Shown in pieces: positions 40,468 through 53,053 of a stretch of DNA of 64,000 bases; position 1 is the first letter of the stretch; every line of letters begins with the position of its first letter. Position numbers and translations under genes: made by a program. The notes below the pieces were generated by a model that worked only from the letters and a program-made list of their open reading frames with translations, ran no database searches and was not told where the DNA came from. This stretch comes from Bigelowiella natans CCMP2755 (lineage: Eukaryota > Protista > Cercozoa), in NCBI GenBank assembly GCA_000320545.1, contig ADNK01002143.1:892-64891 (forward strand), read 5' to 3'.

Positions 40468-41992
40468 TCACTTTTTTAGCTTAACAAATCGTCCTCCAAT
40501 ACGTGGTCTCGAAACTGCAAACTTTCGCCTGCATTCATAGCGTATAACCTATGAAACAAGAAATATTGGTCAATATCAGTTAACTAAATCTATTCTTTTG
40601 TAATGGTATGAGGGACTTTCATCAACTAAATTATGAGCCATGCATTAATGTTGTCGGTATGTAGTAAGTACCTTTTTGAAAGAGCGTTTACGTTTCTTTT
40701 CCTTGTATCTTTGAAGAATGATTTTCTTCTCAATTTTGGTATATTCTCGCACATTCCCATCTTCGTCCTCAAGAGGTCCAATTTTATTCTGATCCTTGAC
40801 TTCTTCTTTCGCAGCAACCTTTTCTCGCTTGCTACATTCATCTTTGTCTGATCTTGTTTTACTATTTCCCGTATCTTTTCCCGATCCACTCTCGGATTTT
40901 GAAGGTGTGGATGTAGAGTCATCACCTTGTTCTTCTTTATTCGAATCGTTTTTATGCTTACTTTTTCCATCGTCGCCACTTCCTCCATCATTTTTATCGC
41001 TCTCTGATTTTTGTGATTCTTCTTTTCCCTTTGCGGGCTTCGGTTTTTTCGGCATCAACGGAAGCGCTCCTAGAATGAGATTCTTCTGATCCGTGTTTAC
41101 AGTGGAGAAGTCAAAGAGAGATCCTGAGGTGTAAAGAGTCGTCAACCAATTTTGCTGAGGCGAGCTTCGAATCAAATTGGATCATCATCATCATTATCAT
41201 TATAATCATCATACCGTCATCGCCAGACTTAACACTCGAGAAGGAGTTCACTTTCTGAAACATAACTTTTTGTCTGGGCTCCAGGCTCCCGGAAGATGGA
41301 TTCATTAGACCTTCTGTTCTCTCAAAAGACCCTGCTGATTTCCCAAAAAGGGCAGATTCTTCAAACAGTTCGAAACCTTCTGCTGTTCCCACGAATGACG
41401 ATACTCTGCGGAATGAAGGAATTTCACCGTTGATACTCTTCGTACTTCTCATCTTCATAGAAGAATCTAGAACATCGTGTTCGACACTGAGGAAGCGTTT
41501 GAACTCGTGAGCTTGCATTGTCTGTTCGCATCATCATCATACAATAATTGAATCAACGAAGGATGTGGAAAAAGAGGGAAGTCACTATAAGAAATACTGA
41601 ACATAGGATGATCACCTGCTCTTGGGCTTGGGATCGTTTCTGTGGTAACTGTTTCTGGTTGAGTTTGGGTGCTCTTTTCAACCGAGAAGCTGCTCGTTCG
41701 GATCCTTGTTGAGAGAACAGGGAATTTCTTCCGGAAAGACTCGTACCATGGAAGAGGTTTTGGTTTCGATCGAGATTATCGAGGTTTATCTGATTACAAA
41801 AGCTATTATTACTTCCTTCTTTTGTACTGAGATATATATTATTACCTTTGGAATGCCTCCTAGTGCCTCAATTTTGTTCACCGTCCGCTTCCAGCGGTTA
41901 AAGCGAAGCATTTCCTGATGTACCTTCGAGTCCCTCTCCGACCTGCCCTCCTCGTTCTTCAGACCCGAGAGGGCGACCAAATTCACACTCAT
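40468..41992 (-). CDS. CCT-domain (CONSTANS/CO-like/TOC1) transcription factor
   Basis: C-terminal exons join to KKIILQRYKEKKRKRSFKK|VIRYECRRKFAVSRPRIGGRFVKLKK*, a canonical CCT motif. The rest is low-complexity; start uncertain. Confidence 0.85.
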
Positions 41993-42573
41993 GAGCTCGA
42001 TAGGTAATGACGAGGATAACTCTAGATTAAGCTGAGCTGAACAATGGCCCTTTGCTTCAAGTTCCAGCTCCTTGAGGGTGGCAAAGAAATGAAGAAGTCA
42101 ATAAAGACGCGGTTCGCTGGGATTATCGAAGAGATTTCGTTCTTCTCGTAGGTTTCCGGAGAAGCATCGTATTCGAAGGGGTTTCGCAGCGATTTCTTAC
42201 ATTCTCAGCAGATTTCTCCACAATTCACATTGCATTTTCCGAACAACGACCGTCTAGAGAGAACAATGAGTCGAATACGCCTGCCTTTTCAAATAGCAAT
42301 CACTATGTTTCAGATCTCCCGAAAGTTTTTCCTTTAATCAAGCCGTAGCCACTGTCGAGAGGTACCATGTCCGGGCCATTTTTATAAAATAATTTATCGG
42401 TGAATAGAAATTGCAGGAGGTTTTAAAGTTCTGAGAGCTCTATTCGTCAAATGTCCCGTGAAACCGTTTGGTGAGCCTTGGATATTTTCATACCGATACT
42501 GCGTATTACACCGTTTCTCTTAGTTTCTTACTGTACGAGAAAAAAACTACTCGTAGATCTACATTTTTTCGCA

Positions 42574-42631
42574 TTTTAACCCGTTTTACATTTGTAATGT
42601 CTGGACATTACAAATGTAAAACGGGTTAAAA
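42574..42631. repeat. 58-bp near-perfect palindrome (28-bp arms, 2-nt TG centre)
   Basis: TTTTAACCCGTTTTACATTTGTAATGTC-TG-GACATTACAAATGTAAAACGGGTTAAAA; the arms are exact reverse complements. Confidence 0.97.
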
Positions 42632-42781
42632 ATCGGATGGGTTCTAGACGCAGCCCGTGTTCGCCCTCATTTTAGGTAAAAATATCACAAGAGAATACAT
42701 AGTACGTCGCTTGAAATAGAAGAAGAAATAGAAGAATAAATAGAAGAAATAGAAGAAATAGAAGAAGATGATGATAATGGA

Positions 42782-43069
42782 ATGCCTCACCAACCCTCGA
42801 GGTCGGTCGGTCGGTCACACTTTGAGCATCTGTTCTCACTCATCATCGGCGAAGAAATTCGAGCACATAAAATCGATTGTAAGGCTACGAACATGTGCTC
42901 AGAGGTGGACCTACATAAATGTCTAGAGAGAATTCTTTCAAGAAGAGACCGCATTCTCCAAAAATATTTTGATGCGTTCGATAAATTGGGGGTCTCATGC
43001 AAAATCCATCAGAATGGAAGGGGGGCGAAATTCCACCTGCAATCTCTCATTCAGTTGACGATGCACTAG
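42782..43069 (+). CDS. Possible small intronless hypothetical ORF
   Basis: 95-aa ORF of coding-like composition between low-complexity flanks; no motif recognised. Confidence 0.2.
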   Translation: MPHQPSRSVGRSHFEHLFSLIIGEEIRAHKIDCKATNMCSEVDLHKCLERILSRRDRILQKYFDAFDKLGVSCKIHQNGRGAKFHLQSLIQLTMH

Positions 43070-43427
43070 AATACAATGAGTGATCATCATCAATGCCCAC
43101 CACACAGCTACCACTATCACACTTCTACTGTAACTCCAGATTGAAACACCATGTCTATCAAGTATCATGTATGAGACAAGAAGGCGAAGAAGAAGTAGGA
43201 AGAGGATAAAGAGGAAATATATGATCATGACAATATGATTTTAGAAATAGAGCATGAACAGCGGTGGCAATAGCAGCAGCAGCAGCAGCAGGGAGGGACA
43301 ACAACACGGCAAATGAATAAACGACAAGAACGAGAACGGTGATGATGATGCAAGCAGTAACAGTGATAAGGTCAGTCATGCTGCATTTCCTTTCAAGTGC
43401 TACGAAAGAGAAAGAGGAAGAGAGAGA

Positions 43428-43474
<47 letters not shown>

Positions 43475-44571
43475 GTGATATGTCAATCGTATTCTAATAT
43501 GCACGCATCATCGTTCTATGGAATACTCAGAATAGCATAGAAGCTGTTGGATTATACGGATTTACATGGTCTTGTGTTCATTGTGCTATAGCTTTCCCTG
43601 ATAGTAGACGTGAGAATAACAGCAATAATAAACAGAATGATAGCAGTAGTGATAATTAAGAGTTTCGTTATAAGCTAGATGTACATCGAAAAATTGCACT
43701 CCAACAGCGGACAACGTGAAGGAGTAGTAGCTATGAGAATGACTGGAAAAAAAGTATAATAAGTGTTAGGTGATGATAATAACTGTTAACTTCTCAAGAA
43801 ACTACATTTCCAAAGTGTTTTTTTAAATCTGATTGCAATTCATTAATGCTGCACCCCGCCTGATGACGTACAGCACGCTTCATTAACTAGCTAGCTAGCA
43901 CTGACACTTCGTACGATAGCATCCTACAACTTGTAGTGTGTGATTGCTTGATGAAATTTGTAGCTACGCATACAGCATTTAGTAACTGCATCTGGCGACA
44001 TGGCAACAAATGCATTTGGCAAATTTGCTACAAATTCGTACATGAATGCAACAACCTAATAAGCTGCTAGAATTGAATGAAGGTACCAGATGCTTGCTAC
44101 ACATCAGGTAATCATCTAATTGCAGCGTCTGTGCTTTGCCCCCGCTAGCATGGATGGTCAATGCTTCGAAGCATTGTTACGTGTACTAGTTTGATGTCTA
44201 GATGTGTGTGGTCCGTGCACATTGATGCTATGATGAACAACAGAGAGAAACATTGCGCAGCAGACGAATCGAACAAGTATGCTAAGAAACTACTCCACAC
44301 GATGCCATGAGTGAGCCATTTTCATCAAATGTGAACGTCTTGTACATTGCATGCAGCTTGCTGCGACGAAACGATGAGTGACATCCTCTGGAGCTGGTAC
44401 CTGTCCGCGTAAAACAATCATGGCATCTTTCCTTGTTTAGCTTACGATGTTGACACATTTGCATGTTTAGCTTTCACTTTCTGCATAAAGCTAAATGAAT
44501 ACTGAGGTGCTACTACAACCTTATCATCATACCCCTACCTTGGCGGATGAAAGCAAATGCATATTGCGTAA

Positions 44572-45002
44572 TTAAGGAGTCCATAGTTTGCCCTTATCAG
44601 CTGCACCGCTCATCATGTCCTTGTAGTGCTTGTGGGTTTCTTCAATCACCTTAACTGCATCAGCCTAGTAAAATGAGGAGGAGGAAGAGGAGGAGGAGGT
44701 AGAGAGTTAAGCAAGCCAGCTGCTGATGGTTTTGAGCCATAATAAGAACCGAGAAATCGTAAAGAAGAATGATGAATAATAACGCTATACCTTTCCTAGA
44801 GCTTTCTCTCCATGGCCAAAACCGTTGACAGGCTTGTCATCTGGCGTCTTGTACCATCGAAACCATTCTCTGATTCCAGAGACGGTGCCTGGGTAATGCT
44901 TCTCAATGTCCTCCTAGAAATAGTAACAACAGCGACAACAACATTTATGATGACGATCGATACATAGATTTGAATTTTATAATATTATAAAAATACATAA
45001 TA

Positions 45003-45039
<37 letters not shown>

Positions 45040-45395
45040 TTAAGATTCCTGCTCCTCAATCTCGTAGTAGGATTCTATTCTATCTTCCTAGCCGCCATTC
45101 TTTTCTGAATTTTTTTGGTCGTCTGAGCATATGCAACGTAGTAGTACCACATCGTTGATCTCAGATGCCTTAGGATCGTTAGCATTGATAGCAATAAGTT
45201 TCCAATCAAGTTCTCCGTCATCTATCATACTGAGGACTCCAAGAGGCTTCACTGCAGTGATGGACCCCATTTCAAGCGTAGCAGAGCCAATCTCCACGAC
45301 ATCAAGAGGATCGTTGTCACCGAAAGCACCTCCGACCTGATGATGACGATGTTGAAGAAGAAGAAGATGATGATGATGATGATAATGATGATGAT

Positions 45396-45429
<34 letters not shown>

Positions 45430-46162
45430 CAGTAGTAGTAGTAGTAGCAGTAGTAGTAAGATGCATCAACGTCTCTTTATCATTAATTATAATGAAAGAT
45501 CACAAATAAATAGGTTGTGTCCTCACCACCAACGTCAAAAGATTGAAAACTCTACAATTATTTATCCTCAATTTATATTCTCTATGTGATATTATTATTG
45601 TTGTTTATTGTTATTAATATTATTATTATTATTATCATCATTTGTACGTTATCGTCTCCCTTGATGTTTGGATCTTCCCAAGTTTGAGGCAGGCAGCCAT
45701 AGTTCCAGAAGATAGGGCCATGGTAGTAACGAACCTTCCCCTTCTTCATGTCCTATATCATGCACACGGTACACACATATCTAATGTTATATCGATGTGC
45801 GTGTGCGTGTGCGTGTTTGTATGTGAGTACCAGATAGGTAGTAAAATGCTACAATTTGTTTTCCATCATAGAACTGCTTCTACTACCTGTTTGATAGGGT
45901 TAAAATCTGCCTTTGTATCGATTTCCATCTTTGCCTGTAGTAGTCGGATTATATTGATGATAATGATGATGATGATGATGATGATGGTCAATTGAGTTTT
46001 TCCAGAATAAACATTTGCATCAGCATATTTACTTCTTCTACTTTGTCTTCTTCTTCTTCTTCTTCTTACCTTGGTCATCTTGGGAATCTCGGTAACCATG
46101 TTGTAAAGTCCATTCCCAGCTTCCAAAGGAATCTGGTATTCAAATGTTCATCATTTGAGTGC

Positions 46163-46203
<41 letters not shown>

Positions 46204-46917
46204 ATAGTAGTAGTAGCAGCAGTAGTAAACGTCTGTGTGCACTATTATTCGCTTTGTAACAAATTACGTTGTGCCAGGGGGAAATGGGCTTATCTGCTTC
46301 CGAGAAGTCCATTTTGAACTCCTCTGTTCCAAGCTCTCCTTGAGGTCTAATTTGGTAGACAATAAGTATAGTCTATGTGAGAAGAAGTGACTACTAACAA
46401 TCAATCGAGAGATAATGAGTGCTGACTAAATTCGAAAAACTTACTTGCACACGACGGATGCGACAACAGCCTGTCCTAAAGCGGCCTTGCAAGCGACACC
46501 AGACTATTCAAAACAGAAAAGTACATCAAGTTCAGATATTGAGAAAATCCATCATCTTCAGTAGATGAGACTAACCTTGCTTTGGAGAGATTTTGCTGGG
46601 ATCATATCAGGCGAAGAAGAGCATCCTCCACCCACCAAAACATATCCATATCCACATGATGCCGATGCAAATCCCCTATATCATCGCATAATCGTCATAA
46701 AACTATTTTGACGAAAGCTTTGAGTGGTAGCTTGACACCACCTTCCAGGAGAGAGCCTTTGGTACGAACTGCCTCCGACAGGTCGGACAATGCGAGAGGA
46801 GGAAACTCTGGAAAGAGTACCTGCAACTTGATGAGGCTGCTTTAATTGGTTCATGACTAACAGCAAGGCAAGGGTTGCCGCTGCAACCGGAATGAGGAGG
46901 GATGCAAAGTTTTTCAT
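44572..46917 (-). CDS. PPA: Plastid-targeted soluble inorganic pyrophosphatase (family I) with bipartite signal + transit peptide
   Basis: [21 protein letters not shown] signal followed by a Ser/Arg-rich transit region. Catalytic exons ISPWHNV, EIPKMTK|AKMEI..FNPIKQ|[66 protein letters not shown]; ends GKLWTP*. Confidence 0.93.
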
Positions 46918-46919
46918 CG

Positions 46920-48240
46920 AGCTCGAGGGAGGGGGGGTTCTGTCTCTGCAGCAGTTGCCGTCGACGTGTCACATCGGTGGGAAAACGCAGGCCATTTTCA
47001 CAATTTTCACTCCTGATATTGTTGTCGTCCTTGCGCAAACAGGAAGAGGAACACGCATTCTCGAGAGAGTCCCGTGATGCCCAAGGATGGCGGCGGTGTC
47101 CAGTGAACCCTGCATCGCATTTTTGCTTGCGGGCGCTCTAGCGCTGCTGCCTGCAAATGCATGTCTCCCATGTGGTTCTTGCGCACGTTGTTTTGCATCA
47201 ATCCTAAGTTCAATGTTCAATGTTCAATGTCCTCGTAATTTCTTTGGTTGTTCTTGATCGATTGGTTGGATTCAGCATGCACGAACAAACTGCAAAACGC
47301 AAGACAGACGCACCGCTAGACCGTGAGAATGAGAACGCCAGAAGGGGGTGCACACCACCTGCCACAATCATTGCTTCCTGTGCGCTGTGCGTCCAGAAGT
47401 CTGCCACAAATTGACCATGAATTTTCTTGTGCGGACAATGACCGTGCCCTTCCAGCCTTGGAGTCTCCCTGACCAGCTAGCCAGCCGCCCTGGAGCCAAC
47501 TTTTGGCTCTTTCACATTGCACAATGAACACTCCGAATTTATTTCATTGACACAGGGACAGTGTGGATGACATCATCGGCATTTTTGCACCCCATGAGTT
47601 GCGGTGCATGTCTGTGCTTCAAATCAGACCCAACTCTTGTTGCTCTTTCCGTCGGGAGATTCAATGTGAGCTTTTCAAACACAGCTGGACAGTCTTGCTA
47701 GCTTGGTGCTGACAACCAGACCAGCACTAGCTAGCTAGAGGAGAGGGCAACCTGTAGCGAATCACAACTTGCAAAGAAATGTCAATGTGATCACTGTCAT
47801 CAATTGTGATCTTCATTTTGAAGGAACAGACCAGCAGAACACGAAGGTACGTCGAAAGGTGAGGAAGGCAAGGGGGCACCGCAGCATCCTTGTTGGATTG
47901 CCCTGATTCTAGGATTGTCTGTGATTGAAAGAGATCTGGAATTTGCTAGTTTTGCTGATTTCTGTTGGTGACGATGTCACAAGAATGATTCATCATGTTC
48001 ATCTAGTCACAACATGTGAGCATCACGTGTCACTGACCACTCAAGACCACACATGTGTGAGCGACACACTAGCATTGAACATGCAACTATCACAAAGCAA
48101 TCTAGCGATGATGATGTGTCAAAGCTACGCACATCTCACAGACGTCAGGAGACACATTGCTCCACACACCTGCACAAGTGAACATCGCTAGAATTTCTTG
48201 TTGGTGTAAATTGCACTGACAGCATGTGCAGCTTGGTTCA
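46920..48240. other. TpA-depleted intergenic island
   Basis: Hand count about 22 TA in 46861-48240, 13 of them inside CTAG. Confidence 0.85.
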
Positions 48241-48341
48241 CAACGCCGCATGCCGGCGTACACGCGTGAATGTGGGGTTACTCCTTACAAACCAGTGTGT
48301 TGTGAGGTTGTAGCAGCAGCTTCTTTGCTTTCAGTAGACTG

Positions 48342-51300
48342 TTACACGTTTGCTACTTCAGCTTTTCCATTGTCTGCAGTGGACATCATGTTCCTTTCAT
48401 TTTCACCCTGGGTTTGATTGGCAAACTTTTTGTTTCCTTCCTCCAACTTAGATTTTGAAGCGCGATCATTGTTTTTCATACAACCCCATTTCCTTAGATA
48501 CACAGCACATCCACCTTTTTCTAGAATCCAAGAAAAATCAGAAGCATCTCCTTGAGGTCCGAATAGGAGCAAGACAGACATGAAGAACAACAAACTGAAA
48601 CTCAGGCCGAACGCTACGGTGGAAGCCATGAGGGCTCCCATTGTTGGGAAGAATAAATGTTGTGTTGCAAGTAGCGGAAGCGAGGCACCAAACGTCGTTA
48701 CACCCCCAGCAATTACAGTCGCTGCCATACCCACAGCTGCATGAGAAAACCTGAAAACATGCAACAGTTTAGAAACATGCATACTGTGTAACTTAAAGCC
48801 TTACCTGTCAACTTTAGTTTGGATACCAAAACTGTGGAACGCGTCAACAAAAGTATGACCAAGGTGAATTACATAGTCGACCGAGAACACAATCACATAA
48901 GTCGACCGAGAACCCAATCACTATAACACCAGCCACAGCCTCGCTTACACCAAGAGCGCCTCCGCCCCAGACTATGGTTGCAAGAACACATCCGACAATA
49001 AATAGAATCGAAAAGATTGCGTAGACAGAGACCAAAACATTTTGAGTGGAAATTAGAAGAACACTAAATGCGACAGGAAAACAGATAACTAGCCCAGAAT
49101 AAAATCCCGCAACTATCCCGAGTTCTGCTTCTACGTTGACCCATTCGTCAGATGCTGCAAACGTGTCGTCCATTCGGACCGCACCAATTAAGCGAGCATT
49201 GTTGTTGATTTCATCAGCAAAGTCATCTGCAACCGTGCGGGCTTTTTCCTTGTCAACTGTAGTCTCATCCTCGTCAATTGACGTAGAGAATTCAACTTGC
49301 ACAAACTTCAGCTCGTCGTTGATGAATCCTATAAGCTGTTGTTTCTCAACAACAGATAGATCATCGTCTAATGTTGTGTTCCTGTAGAGTTTCAATTCCG
49401 ACATGAATAAAGATCTTGAGCAGTTGTATGTGGAAAGCCCTGGATTTCGTTCAGAAAACCAAGTTTGGAATGTCGGAAGGAAACATTTTAAAGCATTTGC
49501 ACTAGGGGGCATTAAGAGTCCAAAGTTGCAAGCGGATTTATCGCAAGTTCGTGTTCGACCAGCTTCACAAACAAATAGAAATGCTCTTTGAGATGCTTCC
49601 TAATTATTTTATGATCATGTTATCAAAAGGGGAAATTCTTGAAAATAACACATAGACGCGTCAACATATACTTTGAAATTATCATTATTTAATTGTTCAA
49701 GATGTGTTTTGCAAAGGAAAAGTTTGTGCGGCATATAAAATATAAAATAGAAAAGGTTCGAAGAGGCAGATAGACAGAGGGAAAACTAGAATTCGCGGGA
49801 ATGGGCATAGTTTCACTGAAAAGAAATAATCCATTCGAGAACTCTAAGTTGCCTCTATCTTTGCTTGGTTCATACACATTAAAACTTCCTCGGTCAAAAT
49901 CATCGATTCCAAAAGGATATCGCAGCTCCACGAAACTAGAAAATAAAATAGATATAAGGGATCAGTATGATGTACTGAATCATCACATCAAGAACCTGCT
50001 CAATTTTTCTGGAATGTAATTGTCTATAATTTCATCAGGTACTTCAACAAGCATGTTATCGCTCGGTAAAAACTGTGTTGACTCATCAGGAAGAGAGAGC
50101 TATAAGCCGTAAGCAAAGGAGGTTATCCCATATATTAGGAAAAAAACAAACATTATGATGGCAACCCAGTGATAGCCTTTATACTGCTGTCTCATTGCTG
50201 GAACGTATGCTTTGGAAACAAGCTTATCAAGGATTTCTTGAGATTCTTCCTTGTTTTCTTCTATTACCTTTTCATCTTCATTAGCATTTTTTCCTTCGTG
50301 GGTTGTATTACCATAAAGTTGCCCCATTGCAGCTGTTGACAATACCCCTAGATTACTGGTGCTCCCCTTCCTGTTAATACCATCTACGATAGAATCCTTT
50401 TTCACCCCAAGGGTAGACTCTTTCTGTTCCTTCATTTCAATATGTCTTTTATCCCCCATAATATCTCCTAGAACAGATGGTTTATCTTCGTCCCTCTCAT
50501 CAAGAATCATTCTATACATTCCGTAACAGCAAAACTTCTTTTTCTCGAACCACACGTGGTTTGTAACCAAGATTGCTGGTACAAGTGAAATGACCAAAAT
50601 GAAATTAAGCAGAATCGCCGTAGCTGCAAGAATACCGAAACTTCCGATGGGCATAACAGGGGAAACAGATGTTGCAAGAAAAGATACAATAGTCGTAAAA
50701 GATGTAGTAAAGATTGATCCTACTGAACTTGTAAACGATATCTCCATCCGTTTTTCAAGTATGTCGTCTTCGTCCTCCTCATTCTCAATCATTTCCTGGA
50801 TTTCAGGAGCATCGAGAGAGAAACGCCAACCATCATACATGACAAAGACATCATCCGCACCGATTCCTAAGACGAGGAATATGACGAGGATATGTATAAA
50901 CTGGAAATATGGTACTTGGAAGACGCTTCTGTATACGACAATGGCTAGGGGTAAGGAGAAAATGACTTGGAGCATACAAAATGTAGACAGGAAGAAGTTT
51001 TTCATCTGAAATGCCATCCATCCGTACACAAAGGCAAGTGAGAAAATGCAAAGTAGAAGATCTCCACTTGCGATCTCAGTTGTCTCGATATCTGTAAGGG
51101 GTCCAGAGAACCATTTGCAACGAATACCATTGTGTTCTTGTCGTTCACGATATGGACTAAAAAACCATTGTTGCTCCATATTAAAGAAATCAAAAAAGTC
51201 ATCCTTTACGTATTCGTAGAAGTCTAGGAAATCAATCTGCTGCTCAGATTGTCGATCTGTGGGGGAATTATACCCCTCAAGCGGTGTTCCAAGATCAATC

Positions 51301-52440
51301 TGCGAACGGGTCCTCTCAGTAAAAACTGGAGAGCGCGTCTCAGTATCTTTCTGAAATTAAGGAAGATAGATCAGCTATGATAATTAGAACATAAATATGT
51401 TCGTACGTCCATGAAGAAGAATGAATAAGCTCTGGTTTCATTGCTTATTATCGATCCATCGTAGAGCTCCTGAGCTCTGTTTCTTACGACACTATCGCTT
51501 AGTAGTGGACACGAGGCGTTGGCAACGGTTCCATAGAATGCGTATGTAATTGTAACTGCAACGGACAAGTTATAAGCGAACCATACAAAATAGGATGATG
51601 CTGTTGATCTCACATTGAGGCTCCGCGCAATTTCCAGATGTGCTATTCAATTTGCAATATCGTGTATAGTCCTGGGTATTAAGAAAGATTTGTTCCACTT
51701 CACACATGCTTTTAACATTTTGTGAGGTGAAGATATCTCCGCCTCTGTGTAAAATATAACAGAATTAGCATTGGTTCTGTATTAGAATAAAAATTTACTC
51801 ACCCTCCTTCAAAGGTAATCCAGAAGCGCGATCGATCATCAGCCTGTGCTCTTGGGCTCACCTGGCCTGTAGCAGCTAAATTTTCTGCGTCATCTACCGC
51901 TTCATTTTCGATAGAAGCTCTCCCAAATGGGACAACCTAGAAATATTTGGATTAAAGATCGTAGATGCTGTTGACCATAAAGTACCCAATCATATATCGT
52001 TGGTTCGGAAAACTCAAAAGACCCGCCTGCGAAGCCAGAAACTGTGACACTGAGGAAAATCTACACTGTAATGCTGTTGTCGAATTGTCGAACGACGATG
52101 AATATGGTTACATGAGGCAGAAGAACAAAATACCAAACATAACCGATGCCGGGAATTGAGTCTGACATGAAAGGATATCATGATCACATGGGATTTATTA
52201 ATAAATCTATGCATTACAATGAGTTGAGACATGTATCCAACACTTGAATGAACAGGATGGCAGTCTCTTTTGTGAGGAGGCAAAGCGTGCGGGATTCGTC
52301 TCTGTGGATATCGAGTTGGAAGATCAGTCTAAACGAAAGACGGATCGACGCAATGACGGGACCTTTGCTCTTTGGTGAGCTAATGGAAACGGGTACTGCT
52401 TCTTCTCCTCTTCATAGCCATCATCAAATTCTTCTTTCAT
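48342..52440 (-). CDS. Dispatched/Patched-family RND transporter with sterol-sensing domain; as assembled it carries a 25-nt frameshifting duplication
   Basis: FLVLGIGADDVFV (GxxxDD of TM4), SIFTTSFTT, second-repeat IGFSVD...YVIHLGH, GMAATVIAGGVTT, SLLFFMSVLLLFGP. Two 6-TM repeats and a luminal loop. Start approximate. Confidence 0.85.
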
Positions 52441-52588
52441 CTCGTCTTTTATCTCTTATACCTCGTCTTTCATGGCAACCTCATCCATGGTACTACTAGT
52501 ATCACGCATGATGGCACTTGGATTGTCCGCTTGTACACTCAAGTTGATTGTTTTCCTCAGAAGACAGTGAAGAGCACTGACAACTCAC

Positions 52589-53053
52589 ATGAATGAACTC
52601 CGTTCTATTTCCGCGTCATTCATCGAATGTCTCGAAAAACCATATTTCTACCTAACAAAAAATCGACGAAGATCCAAGCTCGCAAAGTTGAACATGACTT
52701 TTTTGATTGAAAACATCGTTCCTTCGACGCGTGCCTCCGAACATTCTGATTGCGAAGGTTCTGATGATGGCACTCTGTTGGCAGCACCGATTCGACAAAA
52801 TTGCCATGGGCATGATCGGTGCGACACACTTTCCTCGAAATTTATCGAACACAGCGGGTTCGAACAGCCGGAACGGAATCCAGTCCGCAGTGGCCTTTGG
52901 CCTTGGCATCTGTTGATGGTCAACAAGCGAATCAGTGGCAGCATTGTTTTGGATGCAAAAATGTGCCAATGGCAGATGTCTCGGAGAGCCTCCAGAGACA
53001 ACACCTGGCACTTTGAACGTCCTGCACACGCGCTGCACCCAACACTGCCATGA
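52589..53053 (+). pseudogene. Degraded ORF inside a TpA-depleted island (Tyr codons apparently converted to His/Cys)
   Basis: 154-aa frame with no Tyr after about residue 21, which is where TA depletion starts, and many His/Cys codons (e.g. CAA AAT TGC CAT GGG CAT GAT CGG TGC). Confidence 0.4.
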
